Positions 54,815 through 64,000 of a stretch of 64,000 nt of DNA are shown in pieces. The stretch's first letter is position 1. Every line of letters begins with the position of its first letter. The notes beneath the pieces are model-generated. The model worked only from the letters and a program-made list of their open reading frames with translations. It searched no databases and was not told where the DNA came from. Source of the stretch: an uncultured delta proteobacterium (lineage in GTDB: Bacteria > Myxococcota > Myxococcia > Myxococcales > Myxococcaceae); the NCBI GenBank assembly GCA_963771175.1, contig CAVYSY010000030.1, positions 128,001 through 192,000 on the forward strand, read 5' to 3'. The position numbers and the translations under genes are program-made.

Positions 54815-55295
54815 GCCGAAACAGGCGGAGAATCCACCCCCACAGGAGGCGGGAGCGCAGCCGGGAGCGCTGGTGGACCCGCTCCGCGCGTACAACTTCA
54901 AGCTGGACATCAACGGGGTGAACGAGGGGCACTTCACCGCGTGTGATGGGCTCGAGGTGAAGGTGGATGCGCTGCGCTACCGGGAGGGCGGCGCGGGCTC
55001 GGTGGTGCGGCGGCTGGCCGGGCCGGTGTCCTACGGTGACGTCACCCTGCGCTACGGGCTGACCACCTCACGCGAGTTGTGGAACTGGTTCATGGAATCG
55101 GTGAGCGGCACGCCGAGCCGGAAGAACGTCTCCATCCTGATGACGGGGCTGGACGGCACCACGGAGCTGTTCCGCTGGAACCTGGTGGACGCCTGGCCGT
55201 CGGGGTGGCGCGGCGCGGCGCTGGATGCACTCGGGCAGATGGTGGCCATCGAGTCCGTCACGCTCGTCTTCGAGTCCATCAACCGGGGTGGATGA
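54807..55295 (+). CDS. Tail tube protein (gp19/Afp1-like)
   Basis: DPLRAYNFKL, YREGG, VTLRYG, RKNVSI, WNLVDAWP and AIESVTL motifs. Confidence 0.94.
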
Positions 55296-55297
55296 GA

Positions 55298-56438
55298 ATG
55301 GCCAGTGGGAGCCGGGAGAATTCCCTCGTCCGCGCGGTGGCGCGGTGGGTGAAGGGCTGGGCGGAATCCGTCCTGAAGGAGCCCGACGCCTCCGTGGAGT
55401 TGCCCGTGGACGGCTCCCGCTCTCCTCGGGAAGCGGCTGGCGCGACGGTCTCCGTTCCGTCGTCTTCCCAGGAGGGCGCGGGAGGGCCCCCGGAGCACTG
55501 GTTGCGGCTCGTCCGGTCGAAACGGCCCGGGCCGCCGGCGGATTGGGTGGAGCGCGTCCGGCAGGGGGCGCCGCACCTGCTCGAGGGTTTGGACGCGGTG
55601 CCTCCCGTGCCCGTCATGCGCGCGGTGCCTGCTCCCCAGGCCCGGCCACGCATCGGACTGGGAAGGGTCGAGACGCCGCCTCGACGTGAACTGGAGGCGC
55701 GCCCCTCGCTTCCTCCCGCGCCCCCCGTGGTGGGGCCCGGTGACTCCTGGCCGGTGCGGCCCGCCGGAACACGGGCGGAGGGCGGCGCGGCCCCCTCAGT
55801 GCCGGAGCGTGCTCCTGCTCCTTCCTTCACCGGGCCACCCCCTCGCGAGCGCCTGCCGAGCCAGACTCGGGAGCACAGGCCCGAGAGACCAGCACCTGCC
55901 CTCCAACCCCGCGAGGCCCCGCGAGGCGGGCTGCTCTCCCCTCGGCCCACGGGTATGCGCGAGGGCTCACGTTCCACCCGGGCACGAGGGCTCTTCCTTC
56001 GTCCGCTCCTCGAGACCTCCTTCCCGGAGAGGAGCCCGGGTCCCGCGCCTCTCCGCGACGCAGCACTCGGGAGAGCACCGGAACGCGCCTGCCCTCGGTG
56101 AGGGGCGGGGATTGTGGCCCGGGAGTGCTCGGGAGGACTCCGCACCACCGCTGCTTCCTCCTTCATCGCGCACCCCCGCCCGGCTCACGGCGTCACCGTC
56201 GGTTGCGCGGTCCTCCTCTCTCGTGCCGTCGGAGCCGACACCGCGCGAGCTCTTGTTCCCCCGGGAGGAGGGCAGGGCGGAGACCTCCTCCCCGTCTGAC
56301 GTGGCATATCTCTCCGAAGTCTCCCACTCGTGGCCGGAGCCTCCGGAGCTCCCCTCCATCGAACCCACCGACCCGCTGGCCGTGCTCCGCGACTGGGAGC
56401 GACTGCGCCGGCTGGAACGTGAACAGCGAGGTGAGTGA
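55298..56438 (+). CDS. Pro/Arg-rich low-complexity eCIS protein (internal frameshift likely)
   Basis: N-terminus MASGSRENSLVRAVARW...PPEHWL...PPADWVERVR; C-terminus ...DWERLRRLEREQRGE* overlaps the next start codon. Confidence 0.6.
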
Positions 56439-57181
56439 TGGAGCGCGTGGCCTTCCTCATCGAGCCCGAGGGCACCCGGCTGGGGGCCCTGCTCAACCCG
56501 GAGACGCTCGTGGTGCGCCGGACGGCGGGCGTGCGGCCCCGGCGCGCGCTGGGGGTGCCCCTCACGGGGACGGGGCTCTCGGATGACCCGCTCCTCTTCA
56601 CCGGCGGCGGCACCACCGAGCTCAAGCTGGAGCTCCTCTTCGACGTGACGCTGGCGGGCTCCACGGTGACCTCGGAGGACGTGAGGGACCTGACCCGCCC
56701 CTTGTGGCAGCTCGCGGAGAACGCGCACGCCGAGGACGGTTACGGCCGTCCCTCGCTGATGCGCATCGTCTGGGGCAAGGTGCTGAACATGCTGTGCGTG
56801 GTGGCTTCGGTGGCCGAGCGGCTGGAGCACTTCACGGACACTGGCGCGCCCCGGCGCTCCTGGCTCTCCCTGCGCCTGCTGCGCGTGGAGGAGGACACCG
56901 CTCAACAGGTGGAGGCCTCTCGCGTGCCCTCGGGCGGCCTCGACGCCGAGCAGGTGGCCGCGGGCCTCCCGCCCGAGGCCTTCGACACCCAGCCCGTCAT
57001 CAGTGGAGGGCCGGAGCCGGGCTCGGGCCAGCGCCTGGATGAGATTGCCTGGGAGCGCTACCGCGACCCGTCGCTGTGGCGGCTCATCGCCTCGCTCAAC
57101 GGCGTGGCGGACCCGATGCACCTGCCCACGGGCACCGTGCTCCGGCTGCCGCCCGCGTCCGCGCTCCGGGGGGGCTCATGA
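56438..57181 (+). CDS. CIS tube-initiator/LysM protein (Afp7-like)
   Basis: LNPETL, LELLFD, IVWGK, F...GAPRR; GQRLDEIAWERYRDPSLWRLIASLNGVADP. Confidence 0.88.
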   Translation: MERVAFLIEPEGTRLGALLNPETLVVRRTAGVRPRRALGVPLTGTGLSDDPLLFTGGGTTELKLELLFDVTLAGSTVTSEDVRDLTRPLWQLAENAHAEDGYGRPSLMRIVWGKVLNMLCVVASVAERLEHFTDTGAPRRSWLSLRLLRVEEDTAQQVEASRVPSGGLDAEQVAAGLPPEAFDTQPVISGGPEPGSGQRLDEIAWERYRDPSLWRLIASLNGVADPMHLPTGTVLRLPPASALRGGS

Positions 57182-58698
57182 GGTCCATCCGAGGCCTGCC
57201 CGAGCTGCGCGTGGAGGTGGGGGGGACGCCGCTTCCGCCCGAGGAGCTGCGCACCCTGGAGTCGGTGCGCGTGCAGCAGCACCTGTCCCAGCCCGCCCTG
57301 TGCGAGCTCACCTTCACCAACCCCCAAGGGCCTCTGGCCACCCGGGGACTGCCTCCAGGCAGCGCGCTGCGCATCTCGGTGGCCGCCCGGCGCGAGCCGC
57401 TCTTCGTGGGCGAGGTGACGGCGGTGGAGTACGTCCACGGAGCCGATGGCACGCGGCGGATTCGCGTGCGGGGCTATGACCTGCTCCACCGCCTGCGCAA
57501 GCGGCAGCCGGTGCGTGCGCACGTGCAGGTGACGCTGAGGGACCTGGCCCGGGAGCTGGTGTCGGACCTCGGCCTCTCCGTCGAGGCCTCCGAGCCCGGT
57601 CCGCTTCGCCGCCACCTCATCCAGCACGGACAGTCGGACCTCGAGTTCCTCGTGGAGCAGACAGAGCGCTGCGGGCTGTGGCTGGTACTGGAGGAGGGGG
57701 TGCTGCGCCTGCTGTCCCTGGACGGTGAGGGCGAGCCCGTGCCGCTGGTGATGGGCGAGTCGCTGCTGGAGTCGCATGTAGAGGTGAATGGGGATCCGGC
57801 ATGCCGCTCGGTGTCCTCGGCGGGGTGGAATGTCCTCCAGGCGGTGACCCACAAGGCGGACACCTCCGCGGGTCGCGTGGGCCGGCGGGTGGAGGCCTCG
57901 GTGCCGCCCGATCGCGTGGGGGGCAGTGGAGAGCGCGCCCTCGTCAACGAGAACACCGAGGACACCGCGCACGCCGAGGCACTGGCTCGGGCGGAGCTGG
58001 ACCACCGGCTGGCCCGCGAGGTGGTGCTCACCGGAGTGGCGGAGGGCGACCCCCGGCTGCGTCCCGGAGCGCGCGTGGACCTGCGAGGCGTGGTGCCGGT
58101 GGTGGCGGGTCGATACGTGCTCACCTCCGTGACACACACCCTGGACGCGCGGCACGGCTTCATCTCCGAACTGTCCTCCGCGCCGCCGCCTCGTCGGGCC
58201 CGTCCGCGTGCCTCCTCGGTGGTGCCGGGCGTGGTGAGCCGGGTGGACGACCCGGACAGCAAGGGGCGGGTCCGCGTCTCGCTGCCCACCTGTGGCGACG
58301 TGGAGACGGACTGGATGCAGGTGCTCTGCGCGGGGGCTGGCGCGGGCAAGGGCCTGGTGATGCTGCCGGACGTGGGGGACACGGTGCTGCTCGTCCTCTC
58401 GGGGGAGGACCCGGCGCAGGGCGTGGTCATCGGCGGCCTCTACGGGACGAACGGGCCGCCGGATCCGGGCGTCTCCGGCTCGGCGGTGCGCCGCTTCAAC
58501 TTCCTCACCCCGGGAGGGCTCAAGCTGCGGTTCAACGACGAGAACGGCACGGTGCGGTTGGAGGACCAGAAGGGCAGCTACCTGCAACTGGGTCCCGGCG
58601 TCGTCCGCCTGCACGCCGAGACGGCGCTCGAGATCGAAGCCCCCGGCAACGCCATCAGGATCGAAGCCGAGACCATCGATTTCCGGAGGAGGGACTGA
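57178..58698 (+). CDS. VgrG/Afp8-like spike (baseplate assembly protein V)
   Basis: QHGQSDLEFL, GDPRLRPG, DDPDSKGRVRV and LPDVGDTVL motifs. Confidence 0.92.
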   Translation: MRSIRGLPELRVEVGGTPLPPEELRTLESVRVQQHLSQPALCELTFTNPQGPLATRGLPPGSALRISVAARREPLFVGEVTAVEYVHGADGTRRIRVRGYDLLHRLRKRQPVRAHVQVTLRDLARELVSDLGLSVEASEPGPLRRHLIQHGQSDLEFLVEQTERCGLWLVLEEGVLRLLSLDGEGEPVPLVMGESLLESHVEVNGDPACRSVSSAGWNVLQAVTHKADTSAGRVGRRVEASVPPDRVGGSGERALVNENTEDTAHAEALARAELDHRLAREVVLTGVAEGDPRLRPGARVDLRGVVPVVAGRYVLTSVTHTLDARHGFISELSSAPPPRRARPRASSVVPGVVSRVDDPDSKGRVRVSLPTCGDVETDWMQVLCAGAGAGKGLVMLPDVGDTVLLVLSGEDPAQGVVIGGLYGTNGPPDPGVSGSAVRRFNFLTPGGLKLRFNDENGTVRLEDQKGSYLQLGPGVVRLHAETALEIEAPGNAIRIEAETIDFRRRD

Positions 58699-59037
58699 AT
58701 GCGTTGGGTGACCGTGGATGCACTCATGCAGTGCGCGCACCTGGGCAAGATCGGCCTCGTCGCCTCCCAGTCGTGGGTGACCATCGCGGGTCGCCCGGTG
58801 CTCGTCCAGGCGGACCCCGAGGGCCGGCCCATCACCGGCTGTCCCAACATCGGGCCCACCATCAAGCCGTGCACCACCACGCTCAAGGTGCAGGCCGGCT
58901 ACTCCGACTGGATTCGCGTGGACGGCAAGCCCGTCGTCCTCGACATCGTCACCGGACTCACCGATGGCACGCCGCCGGGCGTGGTGAAATACAAGGACAC
59001 CACTCCCGGCCAGACGCTGGTGTCGGAGGGCGTATGA
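58699..59037 (+). CDS. PAAR-like spike-tip protein
   Basis: CAHLG, VTIAGRPVL, GCP...PC and VDGKPVVL; directly follows VgrG. Confidence 0.75.
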   Translation: MRWVTVDALMQCAHLGKIGLVASQSWVTIAGRPVLVQADPEGRPITGCPNIGPTIKPCTTTLKVQAGYSDWIRVDGKPVVLDIVTGLTDGTPPGVVKYKDTTPGQTLVSEGV

Positions 59038-59468
59038 CCGCTCCCCGCTACCGCGCCTGGCGCTTCCTCCATCCGGACCTCGACCTCGTCGGGGTGGGAC
59101 CGGCCGGCCTGCGCGTGTCCAACGTGGGCGGCATCGCCATGGTGCAGGAGGAGGCCTCGGTGCGGCAGGCCATCCTCCTGCTGATGTCCACCGTCCCCGG
59201 CGAGCGCGTCATGCGCCCGGACTATGGCTGCGAGCTGCATCGGCTCGTCTTCGCTCCCAACGACGACACCACCGCGGGCCTCGCCATCCACTACGTGCGC
59301 CGGGCGCTGGAGCGCTGGGAGCCACGCATCGACATCCTCCACCTGGATGCCAACCGGAGCGCCGAGGAGCCCTTCCGCCTCGACGTCTCGCTCGAGTACC
59401 GCGTGCGCGCCACGCAGCGGACCGACCGGATGCGCTTCGGCCTCGATCTCACGGGAGGTCCGGTCTGA
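59034..59468 (+). CDS. gp25/GPW-like baseplate wedge protein
   Basis: LMSTVPGERVMRPDYGC and ALERWEPRI motifs. Confidence 0.93.
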   Translation: MTAPRYRAWRFLHPDLDLVGVGPAGLRVSNVGGIAMVQEEASVRQAILLLMSTVPGERVMRPDYGCELHRLVFAPNDDTTAGLAIHYVRRALERWEPRIDILHLDANRSAEEPFRLDVSLEYRVRATQRTDRMRFGLDLTGGPV

Positions 59469-62059
59469 TGTCGCTCCCCTCGCCCAACCTGGATGACCGC
59501 GGCTTCCAGCAGTTGCTGGAGGAGGCCCGCAACCGCATCGTGCGGATCAGCCCCGACTGGACCGACCTGAGCGCGCACGACCCGGGCATGGTGCTGCTGG
59601 AGGTGTTCGCGCACCTGACGGAGACGATGCTCTACCGGCTCAACCGACTGCCGGAGAAGGCCTACGTCGAGTTCCTCCGCCTCATCGGCGTGCGCCTGCA
59701 GTCTCCGAGCTCCGCCACGGTGCGGTTGCGCTTCAGCCTCTCGCGCCCGGCGGAGCGGCCGGTGGAGATTCCGCGGGGCATGGGCGTCACCACCTCGCGC
59801 GCCGAGCCGGGAGCCGAGCCCGTCATCTTCCTCACCGCCGAGCCGGTGCTCATTCCGCAGGGAGGCACGGAGGTGGAGGTGCTCGCCCACCATGGCGAGC
59901 AGGTGGAGGCGGAGCTGGCGGGCGTCGGCACCGGCCAGCCGGGCCTCACCGTGACGGCGCGCCGCCCGCCCATCGTGGCGCCCACGGGGGACGGGAGGGA
60001 CTTGATGGTGGGCGTGGAGGCCGCGCCCGGCGAGCTGGACGGCCGCGTGCCGGCGCGCAAGCACGGGGAGAAGACGTTCCGCATCTGGCGCGAGGTGGAG
60101 AGCTTCGCCAACCTGCCGCCGGACGAGCCCGCCTACGTGGTGGACCGGATGACGGGCACCATCATCTTCGCGCCGGCGGTGCGGATGACGGGGGAGGACG
60201 GCGCGCTGTCGGCCGAGCCTCGTGCCCTGGCGGCCGTGCCCAGGGCGGGGCGGGCCATCCTCCTGTGGTACCTGCGGGGCGGAGGGCTCGCCGGCAACGT
60301 GGCCGCGGGCGCCCTGGACACCCTCAAGGTGGCGCTGCCCGGAGTGAAGGTGACCAACCCCGCGCCCGCCGTGGGAGGCCGCGCGGCCGAGACGTTCGAC
60401 AACGCCCTCGTCCGAGGCCCGCAGGAGCTGCACTCACTGGGACGCGCCATCACCGCGCAGGACTACGAGCGGCTGGCGCTGCGCAGCTCGGGAGCGGTGG
60501 CCCGTGCCAGGGCCTTCACCCAGGCGCAACTGTGGGCGCACGCACTGCCGGGGGCGGTGGAGGTGCTGCTGGTGCCCTACCTGCCGCCCACCGTGCAGGG
60601 GCCCTCGGGGGAGGGCGTCACCCAGGAGTCCCTGCGGCAGCACGAGACGGAGGAGGCTCGTGCCCGCATCCATCAGGCGCTGGAGGAGCGGCGGCCACTG
60701 GGCACCACGTGCCAGGTGAGCTGGGCGCGCTACAAGACGGTGCGCGTGCGGGCGCGCGTGGTGGTGCACAAGGCGGAGGACCAGGCCGCGCTGAAGCGGC
60801 GCTCGATGGAGCGGCTGCACCTGGCCTTCAACCCGCTGCCCACGCGGCTGCAGCCGGGAGGCTGGCGCTTCGGCCAGTCGCTGCGGGCCTCGCACGTCTA
60901 CGACACCCTGCTCGCCGAGCCCGGCGTCAGCTACGTGGACCAGGTGCGCCTGCTGGTGGACGAGGTGCCCCGGGACGTGCGGACGCTCGCGGAGGACACC
61001 TTCCAGCCGCGCACCTTCTACGCCGGAGGGGGCGATGCCCTCTTCCGCACCGTCAGCGACGCGGACGGCTGGGAGCGCGTGGGCCGCTTCCCCGGGGAGC
61101 AGGTGGAGGCGGTGGAGGCGCACCCGTACCGCGCCGGACTGGTGGCCGTGACCGCGCGGCTGGTGGACGAGCCCCAGCGCTCCCGCATCCACATCTCGCT
61201 GGACAGCGGGGAGACGTGGCAGCGCACCACGCACACGCTGGACCACGTGGAGGACCTGGCGTGGATGGTGCGCGACGGCGTTCCCGTGCTGCTGATGGCC
61301 ACGCGCGTGGGCCTCTTCGAGCTGGCGGTGGAGGAGGGCGCCACGCCCCTTCAGGTGCTGGTGGACCCGGCGGACCACGACCTGGGCTTCTACGCCGTGG
61401 CCGCCTCCACGGACGCTCGCGGCGGGGTGAGCGTGGCGGTGGCGGGGATGAGCCTGCGCGGCGTCTACATCTCCAGCGCTGGCGGGCGCGGCAACAGCTT
61501 CCGGCACATCGGCCTGCGCAACCAGGACGTGCGCGTGCTGGAGGTGCAGCGCGACGGGCCTCGCTCCTTCCTCTGGGCGGGGCTGGCCGCGGCCAGTGGA
61601 GCGGATCCGGGCAAGGGGTGCCTGAGCTGGGAGCTGCTCGGCTCGGCGGACCCGCCGGACGGGTGGCGCCCCTATGACAGGAACTGGGATGGCGGGAGCT
61701 GCCTCGCGCTCGCCTTCGACGGGGCCCGGGCCTACGCCGCCACGCACCGGGCGGGCGTGCTGTGGCTGGACGCGAGCCGGCGCGACGCCGCGTGGAACCG
61801 CCCTGGGGTGGACAGTGGCCTGCCCCTGCGCGAGCGCGAGCGTCTCTTCCAACCCGTGCAGGCCCTGGCCGTGGCGCCCGGCGGTGGGCTGCTGCTCTCG
61901 GGAGGCCCGGGGGGCGTCCACCGCCAGCACGAGCCGGGCGGCCAGTACGAGAACGCCTCGACGCAGGAGTTCACGGAGAAGGTGACGCTGCCGCCCACCT
62001 GGCTCCTGGTGTCGGGCGTGCACGAGCTCGAGGTGGTGACCGTCGATGAAGCGGAATGA
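59468..62059 (+). CDS. Baseplate J/Afp11-like protein fused to a C-terminal BNR/Asp-box beta-propeller
   Basis: PNLDDR...WTD...DPG, YLRGGG..GNV, RAITAQDYE, GWRFG; then FYAGGG, SLDSGETW, MATRVGLF and AATHRAGV blades. Confidence 0.88.
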   Translation: MSLPSPNLDDRGFQQLLEEARNRIVRISPDWTDLSAHDPGMVLLEVFAHLTETMLYRLNRLPEKAYVEFLRLIGVRLQSPSSATVRLRFSLSRPAERPVEIPRGMGVTTSRAEPGAEPVIFLTAEPVLIPQGGTEVEVLAHHGEQVEAELAGVGTGQPGLTVTARRPPIVAPTGDGRDLMVGVEAAPGELDGRVPARKHGEKTFRIWREVESFANLPPDEPAYVVDRMTGTIIFAPAVRMTGEDGALSAEPRALAAVPRAGRAILLWYLRGGGLAGNVAAGALDTLKVALPGVKVTNPAPAVGGRAAETFDNALVRGPQELHSLGRAITAQDYERLALRSSGAVARARAFTQAQLWAHALPGAVEVLLVPYLPPTVQGPSGEGVTQESLRQHETEEARARIHQALEERRPLGTTCQVSWARYKTVRVRARVVVHKAEDQAALKRRSMERLHLAFNPLPTRLQPGGWRFGQSLRASHVYDTLLAEPGVSYVDQVRLLVDEVPRDVRTLAEDTFQPRTFYAGGGDALFRTVSDADGWERVGRFPGEQVEAVEAHPYRAGLVAVTARLVDEPQRSRIHISLDSGETWQRTTHTLDHVEDLAWMVRDGVPVLLMATRVGLFELAVEEGATPLQVLVDPADHDLGFYAVAASTDARGGVSVAVAGMSLRGVYISSAGGRGNSFRHIGLRNQDVRVLEVQRDGPRSFLWAGLAAASGADPGKGCLSWELLGSADPPDGWRPYDRNWDGGSCLALAFDGARAYAATHRAGVLWLDASRRDAAWNRPGVDSGLPLRERERLFQPVQALAVAPGGGLLLSGGPGGVHRQHEPGGQYENASTQEFTEKVTLPPTWLLVSGVHELEVVTVDEAE

Positions 62060-62561
62060 GATTGCCCGGTTGCTGCCCGGCGTCTTCCAGCGGACCCTCG
62101 ACGGGGACGGTCCGCTGCTGGCGCTGCTGGAGGTGATGGAGGCCCTGCACGCGCCTTCCGAGGCGACGCTGGCCGAGCTGCCCTCGCTCTTCCATCCCCT
62201 GCGCGCGCCGGAGCGCTTCGTGCCCTTCCTGGCGCACTGGGTGGACCTGGGCGTGCCCGTCACCACGGGCCTGGGGAGGATGCGCGAGCTGGTATCCGCG
62301 GCGGCGGAGCTGTCACGCTGGCGTGGCACGGCCCGGGGGCTGCTGCTCTTCCTGCGCACGGCCACCGGACGCGAGGACTTCGTCATCGAGGAGCAGGTGC
62401 CCGGCGCCAACGGGCGACCCCGGCCCTTCCACCTCCGCGTGCGCGCACCGGCCGAGCTGGCCTCGCACCGGCCCATGGTGGAGGCCATCATCGAGCGGGA
62501 GAAGCCCGCCTACGTCACCTACGAGCTGCTCTTCGAGCAGCCCTCACCAGGAGCGAGCTGA
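62046..62561 (+). CDS. Phage tail protein I-like baseplate component
   Basis: LLPGVFQ, APERFVPFLAHWV, WRGTARGL and EKPAYV motifs. Confidence 0.88.
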   Translation: MKRNEIARLLPGVFQRTLDGDGPLLALLEVMEALHAPSEATLAELPSLFHPLRAPERFVPFLAHWVDLGVPVTTGLGRMRELVSAAAELSRWRGTARGLLLFLRTATGREDFVIEEQVPGANGRPRPFHLRVRAPAELASHRPMVEAIIEREKPAYVTYELLFEQPSPGAS

Positions 62562-63619
62562 TGCCGCGCGCCTTCGACATCACCGCCACCACGAGCAACG
62601 TGCAGCTTGGCGCCTCGGGCCAGGGCGAAGTGTCCTTCACCGTCTCCAACAAGCTCGGAGTGGGGGTGACCGTTCGGGCCACGGTGGAGCCGTCGGGCAA
62701 CACCCGGGCCGAGTGGATGAGCTTTCCCCAGGGACTGGAGCGCACCCTGTCGCCGGATGGGACGGCGGTCATCCCGGTGCGGGTGGCCGTCCCACCGGGC
62801 ACGCCCCCGGGGACGTACGGCTTCAACCTGGTGGTGGCGAGCACCACCAACCCGGACGAGCACTATGACCGGGGGCCCTCGGTGGCCTTCACCACGTCGG
62901 CGGCCCCGGTGGTCGTGAAGAAGCCCTTCCCCTGGTGGATTGTCGCGCTCGCGGCCGGGGTGCTCGTCATCGTGGGGGTCGTGGTGGCCATCCTCGGTGA
63001 CAACAAGGCCGCACCCGGGCTCGGGCAGGCGTGCGCGAAGGAGGAGCCGAAGTGCGGGCCCGACCTCACCTGCGGCGCGGGCAACGTCTGCCTCGGGGCC
63101 AAGGGGTTCAAGGGCTGCGACAAGGGCGAGCAGTGCGCCACCAACCGCTGCGAGGAGGGCACCTGCGAGGAGCTCGTGGCGCTGAGCGGAGCGTGCAACA
63201 GCTCCGATGACTGCAACCCACCGCTGGCCTGTCACGAGGGCGCCTGCCGCGGGCTCGCGGGCTTCCAGGGGTGCGACAAGGGCGAGCAGTGCGTCACCGG
63301 CCGCTGCGAGGCGGGGAGCTGCCAGGAGCAGGTCACCCTGGGCGACACCTGCAACAGCAACGACGACTGCCGCTCTCCGCTGACGTGCTTTCAGACCTTC
63401 TGCCTCATGCCCCTGGGGCAGAAGTGCACCCACCCGTCCCAGTGCGTCACCGGCGATTGTCAGAATCAGGTGTGCACGCGGGGGGCCGTGCTGTGCCCCA
63501 GGTGCCCGGTGGGGACGATCTGCATCAACGGCAGGTGCCAGGCGCCGGTCATCCTGAGGGACCACCGCATTCTCCAGGAACTTCAGGTCGAGCCGCGGCG
63601 TACGATTCCCGCTCCCTGA
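62561..63619 (+). CDS. Bitopic membrane protein: N-terminal Ig-like domain, TM helix, Cys-rich repeats
   Basis: No signal peptide; VSFTVSN...VRVAVPPGTPPGTYGF; KKPFPWW + TM; tandem 52-aa Cys repeats; start overlaps the tail-I stop. Confidence 0.85.
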   Translation: MPRAFDITATTSNVQLGASGQGEVSFTVSNKLGVGVTVRATVEPSGNTRAEWMSFPQGLERTLSPDGTAVIPVRVAVPPGTPPGTYGFNLVVASTTNPDEHYDRGPSVAFTTSAAPVVVKKPFPWWIVALAAGVLVIVGVVVAILGDNKAAPGLGQACAKEEPKCGPDLTCGAGNVCLGAKGFKGCDKGEQCATNRCEEGTCEELVALSGACNSSDDCNPPLACHEGACRGLAGFQGCDKGEQCVTGRCEAGSCQEQVTLGDTCNSNDDCRSPLTCFQTFCLMPLGQKCTHPSQCVTGDCQNQVCTRGAVLCPRCPVGTICINGRCQAPVILRDHRILQELQVEPRRTIPAP

Positions 63620-63649
63620 ACCCTGTCCGCGTCCACGAGGAGCGTCCCG

Positions 63650-63931
63650 ATGTCCAGTGCCCCCCCTGTAGAGCCGAGGCCCCCCTTCCCCTGGTGGCTG
63701 GTGGGAATCCTGGGAGGAGGCCTGGCCCTCGTCATCCTCGTGGTGGTGGCCTTCTTCAAGCACGGCAACCCTCCTCCCCCGCTCGGGGCCTTCTGCGCGC
63801 AGCAGGAGCCCCGCTGTGGGATGGGTCTGATCTGCACGGAGGACAACCTCTGCCTGGGTGCCGGGGGCTTCGAGTGCTCGCGGGAGGAGCAGTGCGCGAG
63901 TCGCAGCTGCGTGGACGGGAGGTGCCAGTAG
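63650..63931 (+). CDS. Short paralog of the upstream gene (TM + one Cys-rich module)
   Basis: PFPWW-TM-LGAFCAQQEPRC...CLGAGGFEC aligns with the 62561 protein; AGGAG RBS. Confidence 0.8.
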   Translation: MSSAPPVEPRPPFPWWLVGILGGGLALVILVVVAFFKHGNPPPPLGAFCAQQEPRCGMGLICTEDNLCLGAGGFECSREEQCASRSCVDGRCQ

Positions 63932-63935
63932 GTCA

Positions 63936-64000
63936 TGCCCCAGCCCAAGCCCTCCACCATCCTCCTCATCCTGGCGGTGTTCGCGTGTGTCGCGCTGTAC
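63936..64000 (+). CDS. Start of a membrane/exported protein (runs off the window)
   Basis: MPQPKPSTILLILAVFACVALY. Confidence 0.5.

Overview
High-GC myxobacterial chromosome segment (Archangium/Cystobacter-like; taxonomy inferred from gene content and codon usage). The backbone carries housekeeping and envelope genes (argC, argB, yebC, queC, ddpX, xdhC, pfkA, nagB, ketopantoate reductase, glycosyltransferases, an ArsR-SRPBCC-DUF1801 operon), two divergent orphan PAS histidine kinases, a ~1810-aa Zn-ribbon polytopic membrane protein and a ~3180-aa TPR-like protein. Two accessory blocks stand out. (1) An ~8 kb island (16.5-24.1 kb) encodes a PLD-nuclease/Zn-finger protein, a Ser/Thr kinase, a DUF2381 protein, Cys-rich exported proteins, a pseudokinase and a putative DNA-binding protein. 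An identical 24-bp sequence containing the perfect palindrome CACTCGTTGACGTCAACGAGTG lies at 17311 and 24034, with a third near-copy 40 bp after the first. (2) A compact extracellular-contractile-injection-system (eCIS)-like operon starts at 52.9 kb. Its baseplate-J is fused to a beta-propeller, and it ends in membrane-anchored Cys-rich proteins where a tail fibre would be expected. Many genes, including pfkA, carry single-base frameshifts in short homopolymers, most likely assembly errors, so pseudogene calls are unsafe. No tRNA, rRNA, CRISPR array, transposase or integrase was seen. All family calls come from reading motifs by eye, with no database search.
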